Virus record (IMG/VR): IMGVR_UViG_2617270980_000003
Reading direction: 5' to 3' (one strand)
DNA from: a virus
Lineage: Duplodnaviria; Heunggongvirae; Uroviricota; Caudoviricetes
Length of the DNA stretch: 64,000 bases
The position numbers were made by a program, and so were the translations under genes. Of this stretch, positions 27,944 through 37,989 are shown one piece after another. Positions within the stretch are counted from its first letter, which is position 1. Each line of letters starts with the position of its first letter. The notes under the pieces are model-generated. The model did no database searches, was not told the origin of the DNA, and worked only from the letters and a program-made list of their open reading frames with translations.

Positions 27944-29146
27944 ATGGTGACAAACATGTCTGAGACACGTTTTCACGGTGCTCGCACCAAAGAAGAAACC
28001 GACATCACGAAGGTAATTAACGACATTGACTCCAGCGTCATTGGCGTAATTGTCATCGCTGATGACGCGGACGAAGACGCATTTCCACTCAACACCCCAA
28101 CGCTTATCACGCGGCCTCAGTCGATGCTGGGCAAGGCGGGGAAAACAGGGACGCTGTACAAAACGCTGAAAGCCATTTCAGACCAGGCAAGCGCGAAAGT
28201 CATTGTTGTTCGTGTCGCCGCAGCCAAGCCGCTGGAAGGCGACGCAGAAGCGGAAACGCAAGTGCAACTGATTATCGGTGGCTCTGATGCTGAAGGTAAC
28301 TACACCGGCATGTATGCGCTTCTGACTGCCGAACAGAAGACACAGTATCGACCGCGCATCCTGGCGGTTCCTGAATACGACACCGAAGAAGTGACGGCAC
28401 AGCTTTGTGTGATCGCCAAACAGCTTCGCGCCTATGTTTATGCAAGCTGTAACGGCTGCAAGACGCTGGCGGAAGCCCTCGCGTATCGTAAAACCTTCGC
28501 ATCACGCGAACTCACGCTGATCTGGCCTGACTACATCGCATATAACCAGGTGTCCGGGGAAAATGAAGTATTCCCGGCCCCGGCCTATGCGGTAGGGCTG
28601 CGCGCGTTTATTGATAACCAGTACGGCTGGCACCGCTCGCTATCTAACATTGCCGTCAGCAATGCGCTTGGCATTTCGAAGGATGTTTTCTGGGCGCTTC
28701 AGGCTGAAGACAGTGACGCACAGACGCTGAACAACGCCGAAATCACCACCATCATCAAGCGTAATGGCTTCCGTTTCTGGGGTAACCGCACCACAGACAC
28801 CAATGAATTTGTGTTTGAGGTGTACACCCGCACGGCGCAAATCCTGGCGGACACCATCGCAGAGGCGCAATTTGAAACCATTGACGGGCCACTCACCCCG
28901 ACCAACGTGAAAGACGTGGTGAGCGCGATTAACAAGAAACTCAGTGCACTGGTCACAGCTGGCAAGTTGCTTGGCGCGGAAGCCTGGTTTGACATCGTGG
29001 ACAACGGAACCGCAAACCTGATTCAGGGCAAAGTGGCGATCCGCTACAAGTACACGCCGGTGCCACCGATGGAAGATTTGACGCTGATCCAGACGTTCAC
29101 CGATGAATATTTTGAAGGCGCGTTTTCGTCTCTGGGGAGTAACTAA
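27944..29146 (+). CDS. FI: Tail sheath protein (P2 FI-like)
   Basis: 400 aa; ...GFRFWGNRT...YTRTAQ..ADT..EA... and C-terminal ...YTPVPP.E.LTL... match P2 FI as recalled. Confidence 0.9.
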   Translation: MVTNMSETRFHGARTKEETDITKVINDIDSSVIGVIVIADDADEDAFPLNTPTLITRPQSMLGKAGKTGTLYKTLKAISDQASAKVIVVRVAAAKPLEGDAEAETQVQLIIGGSDAEGNYTGMYALLTAEQKTQYRPRILAVPEYDTEEVTAQLCVIAKQLRAYVYASCNGCKTLAEALAYRKTFASRELTLIWPDYIAYNQVSGENEVFPAPAYAVGLRAFIDNQYGWHRSLSNIAVSNALGISKDVFWALQAEDSDAQTLNNAEITTIIKRNGFRFWGNRTTDTNEFVFEVYTRTAQILADTIAEAQFETIDGPLTPTNVKDVVSAINKKLSALVTAGKLLGAEAWFDIVDNGTANLIQGKVAIRYKYTPVPPMEDLTLIQTFTDEYFEGAFSSLGSN

Positions 29147-29659
29147 ATGGCGATTCCACCAAAACTACGGCTGTTCACCTGCTTTGTGAACAGCGTGAAC
29201 AATATCGGCAAAGTGACATCTGTCACGCTGCCAAAACTGACCCGCAAAACTGACGACTATCAGGGCGGCGGGATGATTGGCTCTGTTGCTGTCGATCTCG
29301 GACTGGATAGCGGCGCGCTTGATGCCACGATGGTTGTAGGCGGCCTGGTTCAGGCTCTGCTACTGGAATACGGCGGCGATCTGGACGGAACGCTTATCCG
29401 ATTCACCGGGGAATATTACACATCCGGCGAGAGTCAGATCGTTGACGTGGAAATGCGCGGCAAATTCACCGAAATCGACGGCGGCGAAAGCAAGCAGGGC
29501 GAAGATACGTCCGTAACCTACGCCATTAAAAACACGTACTACAAGCTGTCAATTGACGATAAGCCCATCTGGGAAATTGACCTGCTGAACTTCGTGTACA
29601 AACGCAACGACGAAAATATTTACCCTTCCCGCGTAATGTCTGCGCTGGGCATGGGATAA
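29147..29659 (+). CDS. FII: Tail tube protein (P2 FII-like)
   Basis: 170 aa, directly after sheath gene. Confidence 0.85.
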   Translation: MAIPPKLRLFTCFVNSVNNIGKVTSVTLPKLTRKTDDYQGGGMIGSVAVDLGLDSGALDATMVVGGLVQALLLEYGGDLDGTLIRFTGEYYTSGESQIVDVEMRGKFTEIDGGESKQGEDTSVTYAIKNTYYKLSIDDKPIWEIDLLNFVYKRNDENIYPSRVMSALGMG

Positions 29660-29712
29660 CTAACAACCACTACAGGCGCGGCATCGGGTGATGCCGCCCG
29701 GAGATTAAAACG

Positions 29713-30024
29713 ATGACCGAAGAAAACACCGTAACACTGACACGCCCGATTAAACGCGACGGCAACGAAATCAAAACCATCACGATCACTGACGAAGTGA
29801 AACAGGCTGGTACCCTGCGCGGCCTTCGCCTGGTGAACGTGATGAATATGGACGTGGACAGCATCAGCACCCTGCTAACCCGCTGCACTTCCCCGCGCCT
29901 GAAGCTCAAAGAAATCAGCGAAATGGCAACATCTGACTTTGTTGAACTTTGCGAGGCGCTCACGCCTTTTTTAGCGCCGAAGGAGCCTGGCACGAAGAAC
30001 GAGACGGAGACGGAGAGCGAGTAA
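29713..30024 (+). CDS. E: Tail assembly chaperone E
   Basis: 103 aa, between tube and tape measure genes. Confidence 0.8.
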   Translation: MTEENTVTLTRPIKRDGNEIKTITITDEVKQAGTLRGLRLVNVMNMDVDSISTLLTRCTSPRLKLKEISEMATSDFVELCEALTPFLAPKEPGTKNETETESE

Positions 30025-30185
30025 ACGCGCCCCACTTTGACCTGATCGATGATCTGGTTGCTGATATAGCAGTTATTTTCAACTGGCCGCCCTCAGAGGT
30101 TTTCACTATGTCCCTGAGTGAGGTGATAGCCTGGCGTGAACGGGCGGCTATCCGAAGCGGAAACAGTGAAGATGAAAGACCTTAA
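29713..30185 (+). CDS. E+E' fusion product via -1 programmed frameshift at T_TTT_TTA (29967-29973)
   Basis: Slippery heptamer TTTTTTA in E frame; the -1 frame stays open to 30185 (...FFSAEGAWHEERDG...), overlapping the T start. Confidence 0.6.
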
Positions 30186-33144
30186 TATCCGTGTCGCCTT
30201 CAGTGCGATTGATAAGTTAACCCGCCCGGTAAATGCCGCCCGCAACTCAGTGGGCGGCTTATCTGAATCCCTCAAAAAAACACAATCGTCTATCAAAGAT
30301 CTGGAAACGCAATCCCAGGCATTCAACCGCCTGAATGAGCGCGTTAAAAAGACATCCCAGCAACTCACCACAACACAGCGAGCCTTTGACGGCCTGAATA
30401 AAGCACAGAAAAACGGCACGGTACTAACCGACGCACAGCGCGAGCGCATGACGGCACTGGCAGCGAAACTTGATCGCCTGAATGCCAGCCGGTCACAGGA
30501 GACAGCAAAACTCCAGCAAGCGTCCCAGGCGCTGCGCGCGCACGGCGTTTCACTGGCGGGCGGCGATCGCACAATTCAAAGCGCTATCAGACGCACTGAG
30601 CAATACAACCAGACGCTTGAGAGAGAACGGCGACAACTTGCCGCAGTCACCAACGCGCGCGCCCGTTATGACCGTCTGAGCGCCACAGCGGGCAAATTGC
30701 GCACCGGCGGCGCGGTGGCGATTGGCGCAAGCGCGGGAGCGGGCTACGCTGCCGGACGCTTCCTGGCCCCTGCCGTGGGTTTTGATGAGGAAATGTCGCG
30801 CGTAGGCGCACTGACCCGCCTGGATAAAGGCGATGAACAGTTTGCCGCCCTGCGCGCCCAGGCCAAAAAACTTGGCGCTGAAACCGCATTTACCACGCGA
30901 GACGCCGCCAGCGGGCAAGCCTTCCTGGCAATGGCTGGCTTTACACCACAGTCAATTCAGGCTGCGCTGCCTGGCGTTCTGAATATGGCGCTAGCCGGTG
31001 GCATGGATCTGGGTGAGTCCGCTGATATCGGTTCAAACATCCTGACGCAATTCAAGCTGTCATCAGATCAGATGGACAGGGTTGGCGATACGCTAACAGC
31101 CGCATTTACCCGTACCAATACCGACCTGCGCGCCCTGGGCGACACAATGAAATACGCGGGGCCAGTGGCGGCTAATCTGGGTATTAGCCTGGAAGAGGCA
31201 TCCGCTATGGCGGGGATGCTTGCCAATAACGGTCTGCGCGGCAGTGACGCGGGTACAGCATTACGTTCCAGTCTATCCCGCCTTGCTTCACCACCAAAAG
31301 CCGCGGCTGATGCTCTGAAAGAGCTAGGCGTGTCGGTTGCCGACGCCAACGGGAAAATGCGCCCGATGGAAACGGTACTGTTAGACCTTTTCAAAGCCAC
31401 ACAGAAATACGGGCAGGTTGATCAGGTATCTTTCTTCAAAAATATCGCCGGTGAAGAGGCCTTTGTGGGCCTCCAGACGCTGGTACAGGCGGCAGGCTCG
31501 GGAGAACTACAAAAGCTCACAAAAGAACTTCAGGGCGCTGCCGGTGAATCCGCTACCGTCGCAAAAAAAATGGCGGACAACCTGGGCGGGGATCTAAAAG
31601 AACTCGATAGCGCCTGGGAAGCATTCCGTATCCAGATTGAAGAACTGGCGGACGGCGCACTGCGAAAACTCACCCAGGCACTGACCGGCACGATCGGCGT
31701 GATGACTGAATGGGCGAATAAGAATCCGCAGCTATCAAAAACCCTTCTGGCTGTTGGCGGCAGTGTGCTGGCCCTCACCGCCGGGATTGGCGCAACGTCC
31801 CTGGCTATTGGCTTACTTCTGGGGCCACTGGCAAAACTTCAACTCGGCTTTGCCCTGCTAACCAGCGGGAGCGGGCTGGGTGGCGCGGTGACACTGTTCA
31901 GCCGCCTGGCTGGCGTTATTTCCGGGCCGCTTGGCGGCATCCGTGGCTGGGGTGTCGTCTTCAGTAGAATGACCGGCAACGCCGGGAAACTGGCTGGCGC
32001 GCTTGCCCCATTGAGAGGACTGCTTGCCGCCGCGTTTATCTCACCAGGTGCCGCCCTGGGCGGAATTGTAAAAGGGCTTGGTAGTCTCCTGCTTCGCCTG
32101 ACCGGCATACCTGCAATCATGGGGATCGCTAGCTCGGCCCTCTCGATGCTCGGCGGCGCGCTGTCATTGCTGTTAAGCCCGATCGGGCTGATTGGCGCGG
32201 CCTTCATTGCCACAGGGTTGCTTATCTGGCGATTCTGGGAGCCGATCAAAGCCTTCTTTGCGGGCTTCTTTGCCGGTGTAATGCAGGCGCTTACGCCGTT
32301 CCGTGATGCCTTCGCCGGACTGGCCCCCGTCTTTGATGTGATCTCAAATGCCGTTTCTCAGTTGTGGCAGTGGTTCAGCAACCTGCTTTCACCAATGACG
32401 ACCAGCAAAGAGACATTGGATAAATGCGCAAGCGCTGGGGAGACGTTCGGCAAAGTGTTTGGCCTGGCAATTCAGGGGCTAATGTTACCTCTGACTGGAT
32501 TGGCCAAAATGGTTGGCTGGATACTTGAAAAGCTGGGGCTGATTCCGTCCGGGATTGAAGCGGCGAAAGCAAAAGCGGAGAAAGTGCAGAAGGAACTCAC
32601 ACCGGCAGGATTGGCTATGCTGCAGGACAAGGTTGGCACGCTCACTGTCGATATGAAAGCAGTAACCGCGCCACCTATCGCCCCACCATCACCAGTGATT
32701 GCTGTTGATACGGGAACTCAACGGCGGTTACAGAAAATTGCGGACAATACCGGCGGGATGCTGGATGCAACCAAAAAGCGGATCGGCCCTGGCGATATCG
32801 TGTTTAAGAATCTGCCCCGCGCATTAGCCGTCCACGGCGCATGGCAGGAAGCACAATCACCCCCAGGCGCAAACCTGGCCCAACTTAGCGCGCGCCCGGT
32901 TATCGCGGCGGCATCAGCACCGATTAAACCGGCAGTTGAAGTACAGGCTATTAGCGGGCAATCCAGTAAACAAGCCAGCAAACCGGCGCAAAACACCGCT
33001 CCTGATGAAATACATATTCACATTCATATGCACGGCGATCTCAGCAACGACGCCCGCGACATTGCACGGATGGTGACTGATGCAGTTGGGGCAGAACTTA
33101 ACAAGCGTTCCCGCTCTGGTAGCAGTTTCAGAGACAAAGATTAG
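30136..33144 (+). CDS. T: Tail tape measure protein (P2 gpT-like); track start is GTG, first ATG at 30172
   Basis: 1002 aa, coiled-coil N-terminus, Gly/Ala/Leu-rich hydrophobic middle region. Confidence 0.85.
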   Translation: MNGRLSEAETVKMKDLNIRVAFSAIDKLTRPVNAARNSVGGLSESLKKTQSSIKDLETQSQAFNRLNERVKKTSQQLTTTQRAFDGLNKAQKNGTVLTDAQRERMTALAAKLDRLNASRSQETAKLQQASQALRAHGVSLAGGDRTIQSAIRRTEQYNQTLERERRQLAAVTNARARYDRLSATAGKLRTGGAVAIGASAGAGYAAGRFLAPAVGFDEEMSRVGALTRLDKGDEQFAALRAQAKKLGAETAFTTRDAASGQAFLAMAGFTPQSIQAALPGVLNMALAGGMDLGESADIGSNILTQFKLSSDQMDRVGDTLTAAFTRTNTDLRALGDTMKYAGPVAANLGISLEEASAMAGMLANNGLRGSDAGTALRSSLSRLASPPKAAADALKELGVSVADANGKMRPMETVLLDLFKATQKYGQVDQVSFFKNIAGEEAFVGLQTLVQAAGSGELQKLTKELQGAAGESATVAKKMADNLGGDLKELDSAWEAFRIQIEELADGALRKLTQALTGTIGVMTEWANKNPQLSKTLLAVGGSVLALTAGIGATSLAIGLLLGPLAKLQLGFALLTSGSGLGGAVTLFSRLAGVISGPLGGIRGWGVVFSRMTGNAGKLAGALAPLRGLLAAAFISPGAALGGIVKGLGSLLLRLTGIPAIMGIASSALSMLGGALSLLLSPIGLIGAAFIATGLLIWRFWEPIKAFFAGFFAGVMQALTPFRDAFAGLAPVFDVISNAVSQLWQWFSNLLSPMTTSKETLDKCASAGETFGKVFGLAIQGLMLPLTGLAKMVGWILEKLGLIPSGIEAAKAKAEKVQKELTPAGLAMLQDKVGTLTVDMKAVTAPPIAPPSPVIAVDTGTQRRLQKIADNTGGMLDATKKRIGPGDIVFKNLPRALAVHGAWQEAQSPPGANLAQLSARPVIAAASAPIKPAVEVQAISGQSSKQASKPAQNTAPDEIHIHIHMHGDLSNDARDIARMVTDAVGAELNKRSRSGSSFRDKD

Positions 33145-33156
33145 GAGAGCAAAACA

Positions 33157-33645
33157 ATGATGATGGTTTACGGAATGTTCGTCTTTGAGTTAAAAACCAT
33201 TCCCCACCAACAATTACAGCAGTCAAAGACATGGCGGCATGTAAAGAACGAGCGCATAAACCGATCGGCAAAGTGGCAATACATTGGTGCAGGTGACGAT
33301 CAGATTACCTTATCCGGTGTTTTGTACCCATCAGTGACCGGCGGTAAGGTGAGTCTAACTGTGCTCGATACACAGGCCTACACCGGACGCCCCTGGCCTC
33401 TTATCAGCGGCACCGGGCGGATCTATGGCATGTATTCGATAACGCAGCTTCAGACCACCGATACTGAATTTGACCAGTATGGGGAGCCGAAGAAAATAGA
33501 ATTTACGATCACGTTTCAAAGGCAGGATGAAGACCTGCGCGAAAGCCTCCAGTCTTCATCAGTGAGTGATTTACTCGGCAACCTGCAAAACACAGCCAAC
33601 TCAGCGCTGAATAATATCAGCGCCGCCGCATCCAGTCTGTTTTAA
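33157..33645 (+). CDS. U: Tail protein U (P2 gpU-like)
   Basis: 162 aa, MMMVYGMFVFE..., follows tape measure gene. Confidence 0.75.
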   Translation: MMMVYGMFVFELKTIPHQQLQQSKTWRHVKNERINRSAKWQYIGAGDDQITLSGVLYPSVTGGKVSLTVLDTQAYTGRPWPLISGTGRIYGMYSITQLQTTDTEFDQYGEPKKIEFTITFQRQDEDLRESLQSSSVSDLLGNLQNTANSALNNISAAASSLF

Positions 33646-33660
33646 ACAAGTAAAAATATA

Positions 33661-33688
33661 CCCCTCGGATTGGTTTTCACCGAGGGGA
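33661..33688. terminator. Hairpin between U and the acyltransferase moron
   Basis: CCCCTCGG-12 nt-CCGAGGGG; T-rich run only on the minus-strand side. Confidence 0.35.
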
Positions 33689-33744
33689 GCAACAAGAGAC
33701 CTAGCTCTAATTTTGTTCAATCATGTGTAAATTGTGCAGACTAA

Positions 33745-34782
33745 ATGATTGTCCTTAGAATTTTTGTAAGTAAAATAACCACAATTTTTCCTAATTGCGC
33801 GACTAGACTCTATATGAAAAACCTTTCCTCAATTGATTACGCAAAACTTTTCTTTGCGTTTTGTATCATTTTTATACACACAGACATTTTAGGCGGCAAC
33901 AGTAATTATATAGGATATGTTACTTGCCAGGGACTGCTAAGGATTGCAGTGCCATTCTTTTTCATTACTAGTGGATATTTTTATTTTTCTGTAATGCAAA
34001 AAAATAAAATTAAAAAATGGTTTTCTCACAATATAAAAACCTATGCTCTATGGACGCTTCTTTACTTACCAATAATACTAGGATTAGTTGGTTTTATTAG
34101 GGCGGGTAAGCCTTTAGCGACAGACCTTACATATTTATCTCTAAATGCAGTATTTGGATTTTGGCACTTATGGTTTTTCCCTGCCCTGATAGTATCGGCA
34201 TTATTAACATTACTTTTAGCTAAGCTAAAAGATCGCACATTAATAATCATATGCTGCATACTTTATACGTGCGGCACGTTACTTCAATATCGCGCAAATT
34301 ATTCCATTGACATAAATCGTGACATATGGTCTCTCGCTACAGTTTTCTTTTCCAGAAACGGTCTTTTCATGGGTTTTCCATTGTTTATGCTTGGATACCT
34401 TATAAATAAAAATAACATAAGAAATAACAATACATATTTACTCATTGGTTCCATTATTTTGGTCATCATTGAGGCATCCGTAAATTATTCATATGGCACA
34501 TATACCTTTGATATGCTTTTTTCACTTCCATTCGCTGGTGTTTTTGTTTTTTTAAAAGTTCTAGATATCACCCTGAAAACAAAAAACACCTTCACAATTC
34601 GCGAGCACTCAAAAAACATATATCTTATACAAATCTATGCCATTCAGTTTGCAAAACAATTTGCATCTGATTGGTTAGTCATAACAACAATCGCATGCAC
34701 TATTTGCATTAGCTATTCAATAGCTAATATCATTAAAGATAATTTAATTGCAAACTTTAGACTAAAAAGCCTATCAAATTAA
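33745..34782 (+). CDS. Acyltransferase family 3 (OafA/Oac-like) integral membrane protein; probable start ATG 33814
   Basis: Strongly hydrophobic multi-span protein; ...IDYAKLFFAFCIIFIHTD... N-terminal signature; region looks AT-rich by eye; sits between U and G. Confidence 0.7.
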   Translation: MIVLRIFVSKITTIFPNCATRLYMKNLSSIDYAKLFFAFCIIFIHTDILGGNSNYIGYVTCQGLLRIAVPFFFITSGYFYFSVMQKNKIKKWFSHNIKTYALWTLLYLPIILGLVGFIRAGKPLATDLTYLSLNAVFGFWHLWFFPALIVSALLTLLLAKLKDRTLIIICCILYTCGTLLQYRANYSIDINRDIWSLATVFFSRNGLFMGFPLFMLGYLINKNNIRNNNTYLLIGSIILVIIEASVNYSYGTYTFDMLFSLPFAGVFVFLKVLDITLKTKNTFTIREHSKNIYLIQIYAIQFAKQFASDWLVITTIACTICISYSIANIIKDNLIANFRLKSLSN

Positions 34783-35234
34783 TCCTCAGGGATATCAGGC
34801 CAGATAATGTCGGGGGCTTTTGATGTGTCAATACGCATTAATAGCACCCGATATTTCTTCCACTTCGCAAGCTGAATAACTTCATCATCGGTTGAAATAC
34901 CAGCTTCAATCGCATCCTGCCGCCACGCAATTTCTGTACCTGCATTTTCAGCCAAGTCTTTTTTTTGCTGTATAGCTAACGCAATTAACTGATCGGCTGT
35001 AGGCTCTGATACATCAACCCATACAGGCTGACCGGAAGCGTCGCCTCCTCTACCTTTTCCTTCTGGCGGCCTTCCTGTGTATTTCTGATAAATATCAGAT
35101 TCAACTTCAACAATGTCATCAGGCCATGTATTCGTTTTTTCATAGTCTGATTTCATTGACTCAAAAAAGAATGAGTTATTCTTAGCACTGAAATATATAT
35201 TACTAAACATAATTAACACCCCACACCAAAGCAA
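34779..35234 (-). CDS. Tail fibre assembly protein (P2 gpG / Tfa-like)
   Basis: ORF immediately downstream of tail fibre gene; stop shares the TTAA with the convergent acyltransferase stop. Confidence 0.7.
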   Translation of the reverse strand: MLWCGVLIMFSNIYFSAKNNSFFFESMKSDYEKTNTWPDDIVEVESDIYQKYTGRPPEGKGRGGDASGQPVWVDVSEPTADQLIALAIQQKKDLAENAGTEIAWRQDAIEAGISTDDEVIQLAKWKKYRVLLMRIDTSKAPDIIWPDIPED

Positions 35235-36499
35235 AAGAATGGTTTTGACGCAGCGACGCCTGTTCTTTCTAATAAAGAAACCTGCATATCTCGATCGCTT
35301 AATCTTTTAACTCCAGCAATCGCCGACGCTGCTGCATCACCAGCCACATTGCATGGCAAAATACCAAAACAGCGAACAGGCCAACCAATAGGAAAAGGGG
35401 CTGAAGCCCAGCCGCCACCATCAGTATTCCCCCAACACCACTGTAAAATTATTCCATTTGGAAAACGCACCCAACCGGCATCAGCCATTACCTGAGTAAA
35501 GTCTGTATTTTTCACATACCCCTGAATGCCCCAATCATTCTGAAAAATCAATTTTTTCACATCAGCATTCATTGTGAATGCATTAACTCGACGATCGGAG
35601 ATCTCCCCTGATGGAGATAAAGCAAAATCAATATAGTTCGCGCCGTTTCCCATTATGCCGCAAATAATCGACGACATAATTGCTCCACCAAATGAAAAAT
35701 CCAAACCACATGCACTTCCATTTTCACTGCTTTTATTTTTGATATGAATACCTGAAAAACCACTCTCTTTTTCCACGATCATTTCGTGTCCGACTGCTGA
35801 GATAATACCTTCAACAATCACATCACCAGTAACCCTCCCACCAGAAGCAGGTAACGCATCGGCTGCTAATTGAACTGTTTTATCCAAACCAAGGTTTTTG
35901 ATAGCCTCTCCAACCAACCCGGCCTTAATCAATTCTTTAAGAGCATTTTCAATCAACAGGTACTGGCTATGCGGATTAGCGGTGTCAACGTGCTTTTTTA
36001 TCGCGTTGTCTGTATAGGTTTTCACCTCAATTACAGCACTATCAACATACTGCCGGGTTGCCAGCACAACGGACGGATCAACTTTCAGGGTAACGGCATC
36101 AGTGCTCGATACCGTGAGCATCATCCTTATAACCTGCGTACGGCCTGATCCTTCCTCTGTTGTGGCCTTGTACGTCTCCGGGCAGTTAGCCACAGCAATC
36201 AAGATACCATCAGCATCAAAGAGTCCTATTTCACGAATCCACCACCCGCCAACGGATTCAGGAATAATCTGTTCCGCAATAATCTGGCTGTCGTTTTTAT
36301 CGTCCACTGACAGCGAGTTAAGCTGGGCGCGGCGCACCTCGTTAACCAGCGCTGTCTGTGCCTGGCTTGGTGTTGGTGATTTGCCGCCGCCGTCGCCAAC
36401 TGCGAGCGAGGTGATTTCTAACTTCTCACCCAGCGCAGCCATATTTGATAATTTTGCCGCCCCCTGAGCAGTCAGCAGGGCAAAGAATTTAGCCGCCAT
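35213..36499 (-). CDS. H: Tail fibre protein (P2 gpH-like)
   Basis: N-terminus ...AVGDGGG...GGWWIREIGLFDADGILIAVAN... matches conserved P2 H N-terminal domain as recalled. Confidence 0.85.
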   Translation of the reverse strand: MAAKFFALLTAQGAAKLSNMAALGEKLEITSLAVGDGGGKSPTPSQAQTALVNEVRRAQLNSLSVDDKNDSQIIAEQIIPESVGGWWIREIGLFDADGILIAVANCPETYKATTEEGSGRTQVIRMMLTVSSTDAVTLKVDPSVVLATRQYVDSAVIEVKTYTDNAIKKHVDTANPHSQYLLIENALKELIKAGLVGEAIKNLGLDKTVQLAADALPASGGRVTGDVIVEGIISAVGHEMIVEKESGFSGIHIKNKSSENGSACGLDFSFGGAIMSSIICGIMGNGANYIDFALSPSGEISDRRVNAFTMNADVKKLIFQNDWGIQGYVKNTDFTQVMADAGWVRFPNGIILQWCWGNTDGGGWASAPFPIGWPVRCFGILPCNVAGDAAASAIAGVKRLSDRDMQVSLLERTGVAASKPFFCFGVGC

Positions 36500-37103
36500 T
36501 TGTTACCTCTAACGTATCAATAATATGAATTGCGCCCCCGGGAAAATACCCGCCACTGACTTCTACGGCTTCAGGCATATAGGGGTAAATAGTCATCACG
36601 TCACCGCCATAACACCCGGCGTGGGCGTATACCTCTCCCTTCGCCTGCATACTGATTGCAAGGCCGGTCAGGTGGCGTGAGCATGGTTTTGCATCAGCGA
36701 TCAGGCGCTCAAGCTCGAGATAGGTTTCTTCTGTAATCCCTGAGTCAGAAACACCAATTTCAAGTTGAAATGTTCCCCGCTCGCCTCCGTTCTGCCACCA
36801 TTCAACGACCTTTATCAGGAAGCCGAACGGCTCAACGACACGGCGCAGCGCCGCAATAGTTCCCTTTTGCCGGTGTACCAGCCAGGCGGATTTAATCACC
36901 TGTCGCTTTGTCTGTTCTGACCAGCCTTTATCCCAGCGATCAACCGATAACGCCCAGGCCAGATAAGGCAGTAAAGCAACCGGGCATTCATCAGGGTTCC
37001 ACAGCGTTTTCAGGTCTACGGGCAAATCACTCACGCGCCAGGTTGCGGCCTCGGCACTGCGCATAAAATCACTGGCTGAAGGTGGCAACAGACTGTTATT
37101 CAT
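36489..37103 (-). CDS. I: Baseplate/tail protein I (P2 gpI-like)
   Basis: 204 aa between J and H. Confidence 0.8.
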   Translation of the reverse strand: MNNSLLPPSASDFMRSAEAATWRVSDLPVDLKTLWNPDECPVALLPYLAWALSVDRWDKGWSEQTKRQVIKSAWLVHRQKGTIAALRRVVEPFGFLIKVVEWWQNGGERGTFQLEIGVSDSGITEETYLELERLIADAKPCSRHLTGLAISMQAKGEVYAHAGCYGGDVMTIYPYMPEAVEVSGGYFPGGAIHIIDTLEVTNGG

Positions 37104-37989
37104 CGGTTCCGCCTCTCGTGATGGTGACCGAAGCGCACCGCGCCGCCTGTGTATCGCTGATAATCAGCCGTTCAGGTAAATCCAGTTCCACACGCTGCAC
37201 GCCCTGCACGTGTAACGCCGCCAAAATTGCAGACCTGGCAACATCAAGCCCGATCCGCCACTGGCTTTTGAGCCACTTCTGCAACGACGCCTCGGCAGCG
37301 TTCACAATGGGTTCTGACTCTGGGCCTGGGTAGAGATACAGCGTGGCATTGATGTCATAACTGATAATCTCAGCGCTCTGGACTGTCAGCCTGTCACCCA
37401 CAGGGCGGACACTTTCATCTGATAATTTTGCGTTGACCGTTGCGATCAGCTCGTCTGAAGCCGTTCCGTCACCTTCAGCAGAGAGCACCGAAACAACAAC
37501 TTCAGCCGGCGCCGGACTTGATGCCTTAACATCAGCAACTTTCCCTGATGCGCTTTTAGCGAAGTATTCGTAAGCGCCGGTAGGCCCGGCAACACTCAAT
37601 CCTTCGAATGCAGATTGCGCACGTAAGCGCAGCGCGGCGTCACTTTCCATTACCGCATCTGTTGTATCTGTCTCCTCAACAATCGTCAGTCGCTCTGTAT
37701 TGTTATTTGCCGCCAGGTTATCCAGATCTCCGCCGGTGGAATGGCTTAACATGCAAGCTGCAGCACCGTCATTTATGACCTGTCGCAACATCAATTCGCG
37801 ATAAGCAATCACCTGAGCGAGCACCGTCAAAGGCTCCGACTCAAGCTCCAATGCTGCTGCTATGGCCTGTTGTTGTCCCTCCGGATAAGCGGCAATAATC
37901 ATCTCTTTCACATCACTCAGGATGATTTCGAAATCCAGCGTCGCGATGATTTCCGGTGGTGGAAGCTCTGATAAATCAACTGTCGCCAT
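37096..37989 (-). CDS. J: Baseplate assembly protein J (P2 gpJ-like)
   Basis: 297 aa, between W and I. Confidence 0.85.
   Translation of the reverse strand: MATVDLSELPPPEIIATLDFEIILSDVKEMIIAAYPEGQQQAIAAALELESEPLTVLAQVIAYRELMLRQVINDGAAACMLSHSTGGDLDNLAANNNTERLTIVEETDTTDAVMESDAALRLRAQSAFEGLSVAGPTGAYEYFAKSASGKVADVKASSPAPAEVVVSVLSAEGDGTASDELIATVNAKLSDESVRPVGDRLTVQSAEIISYDINATLYLYPGPESEPIVNAAEASLQKWLKSQWRIGLDVARSAILAALHVQGVQRVELDLPERLIISDTQAARCASVTITRGGTDE

Noticed and set aside
30550-32249. Several minus-strand ORFs of 80-136 aa
   Set aside because: All lie within and antisense to the tape-measure gene T; Ala/Pro-rich shadow ORFs.
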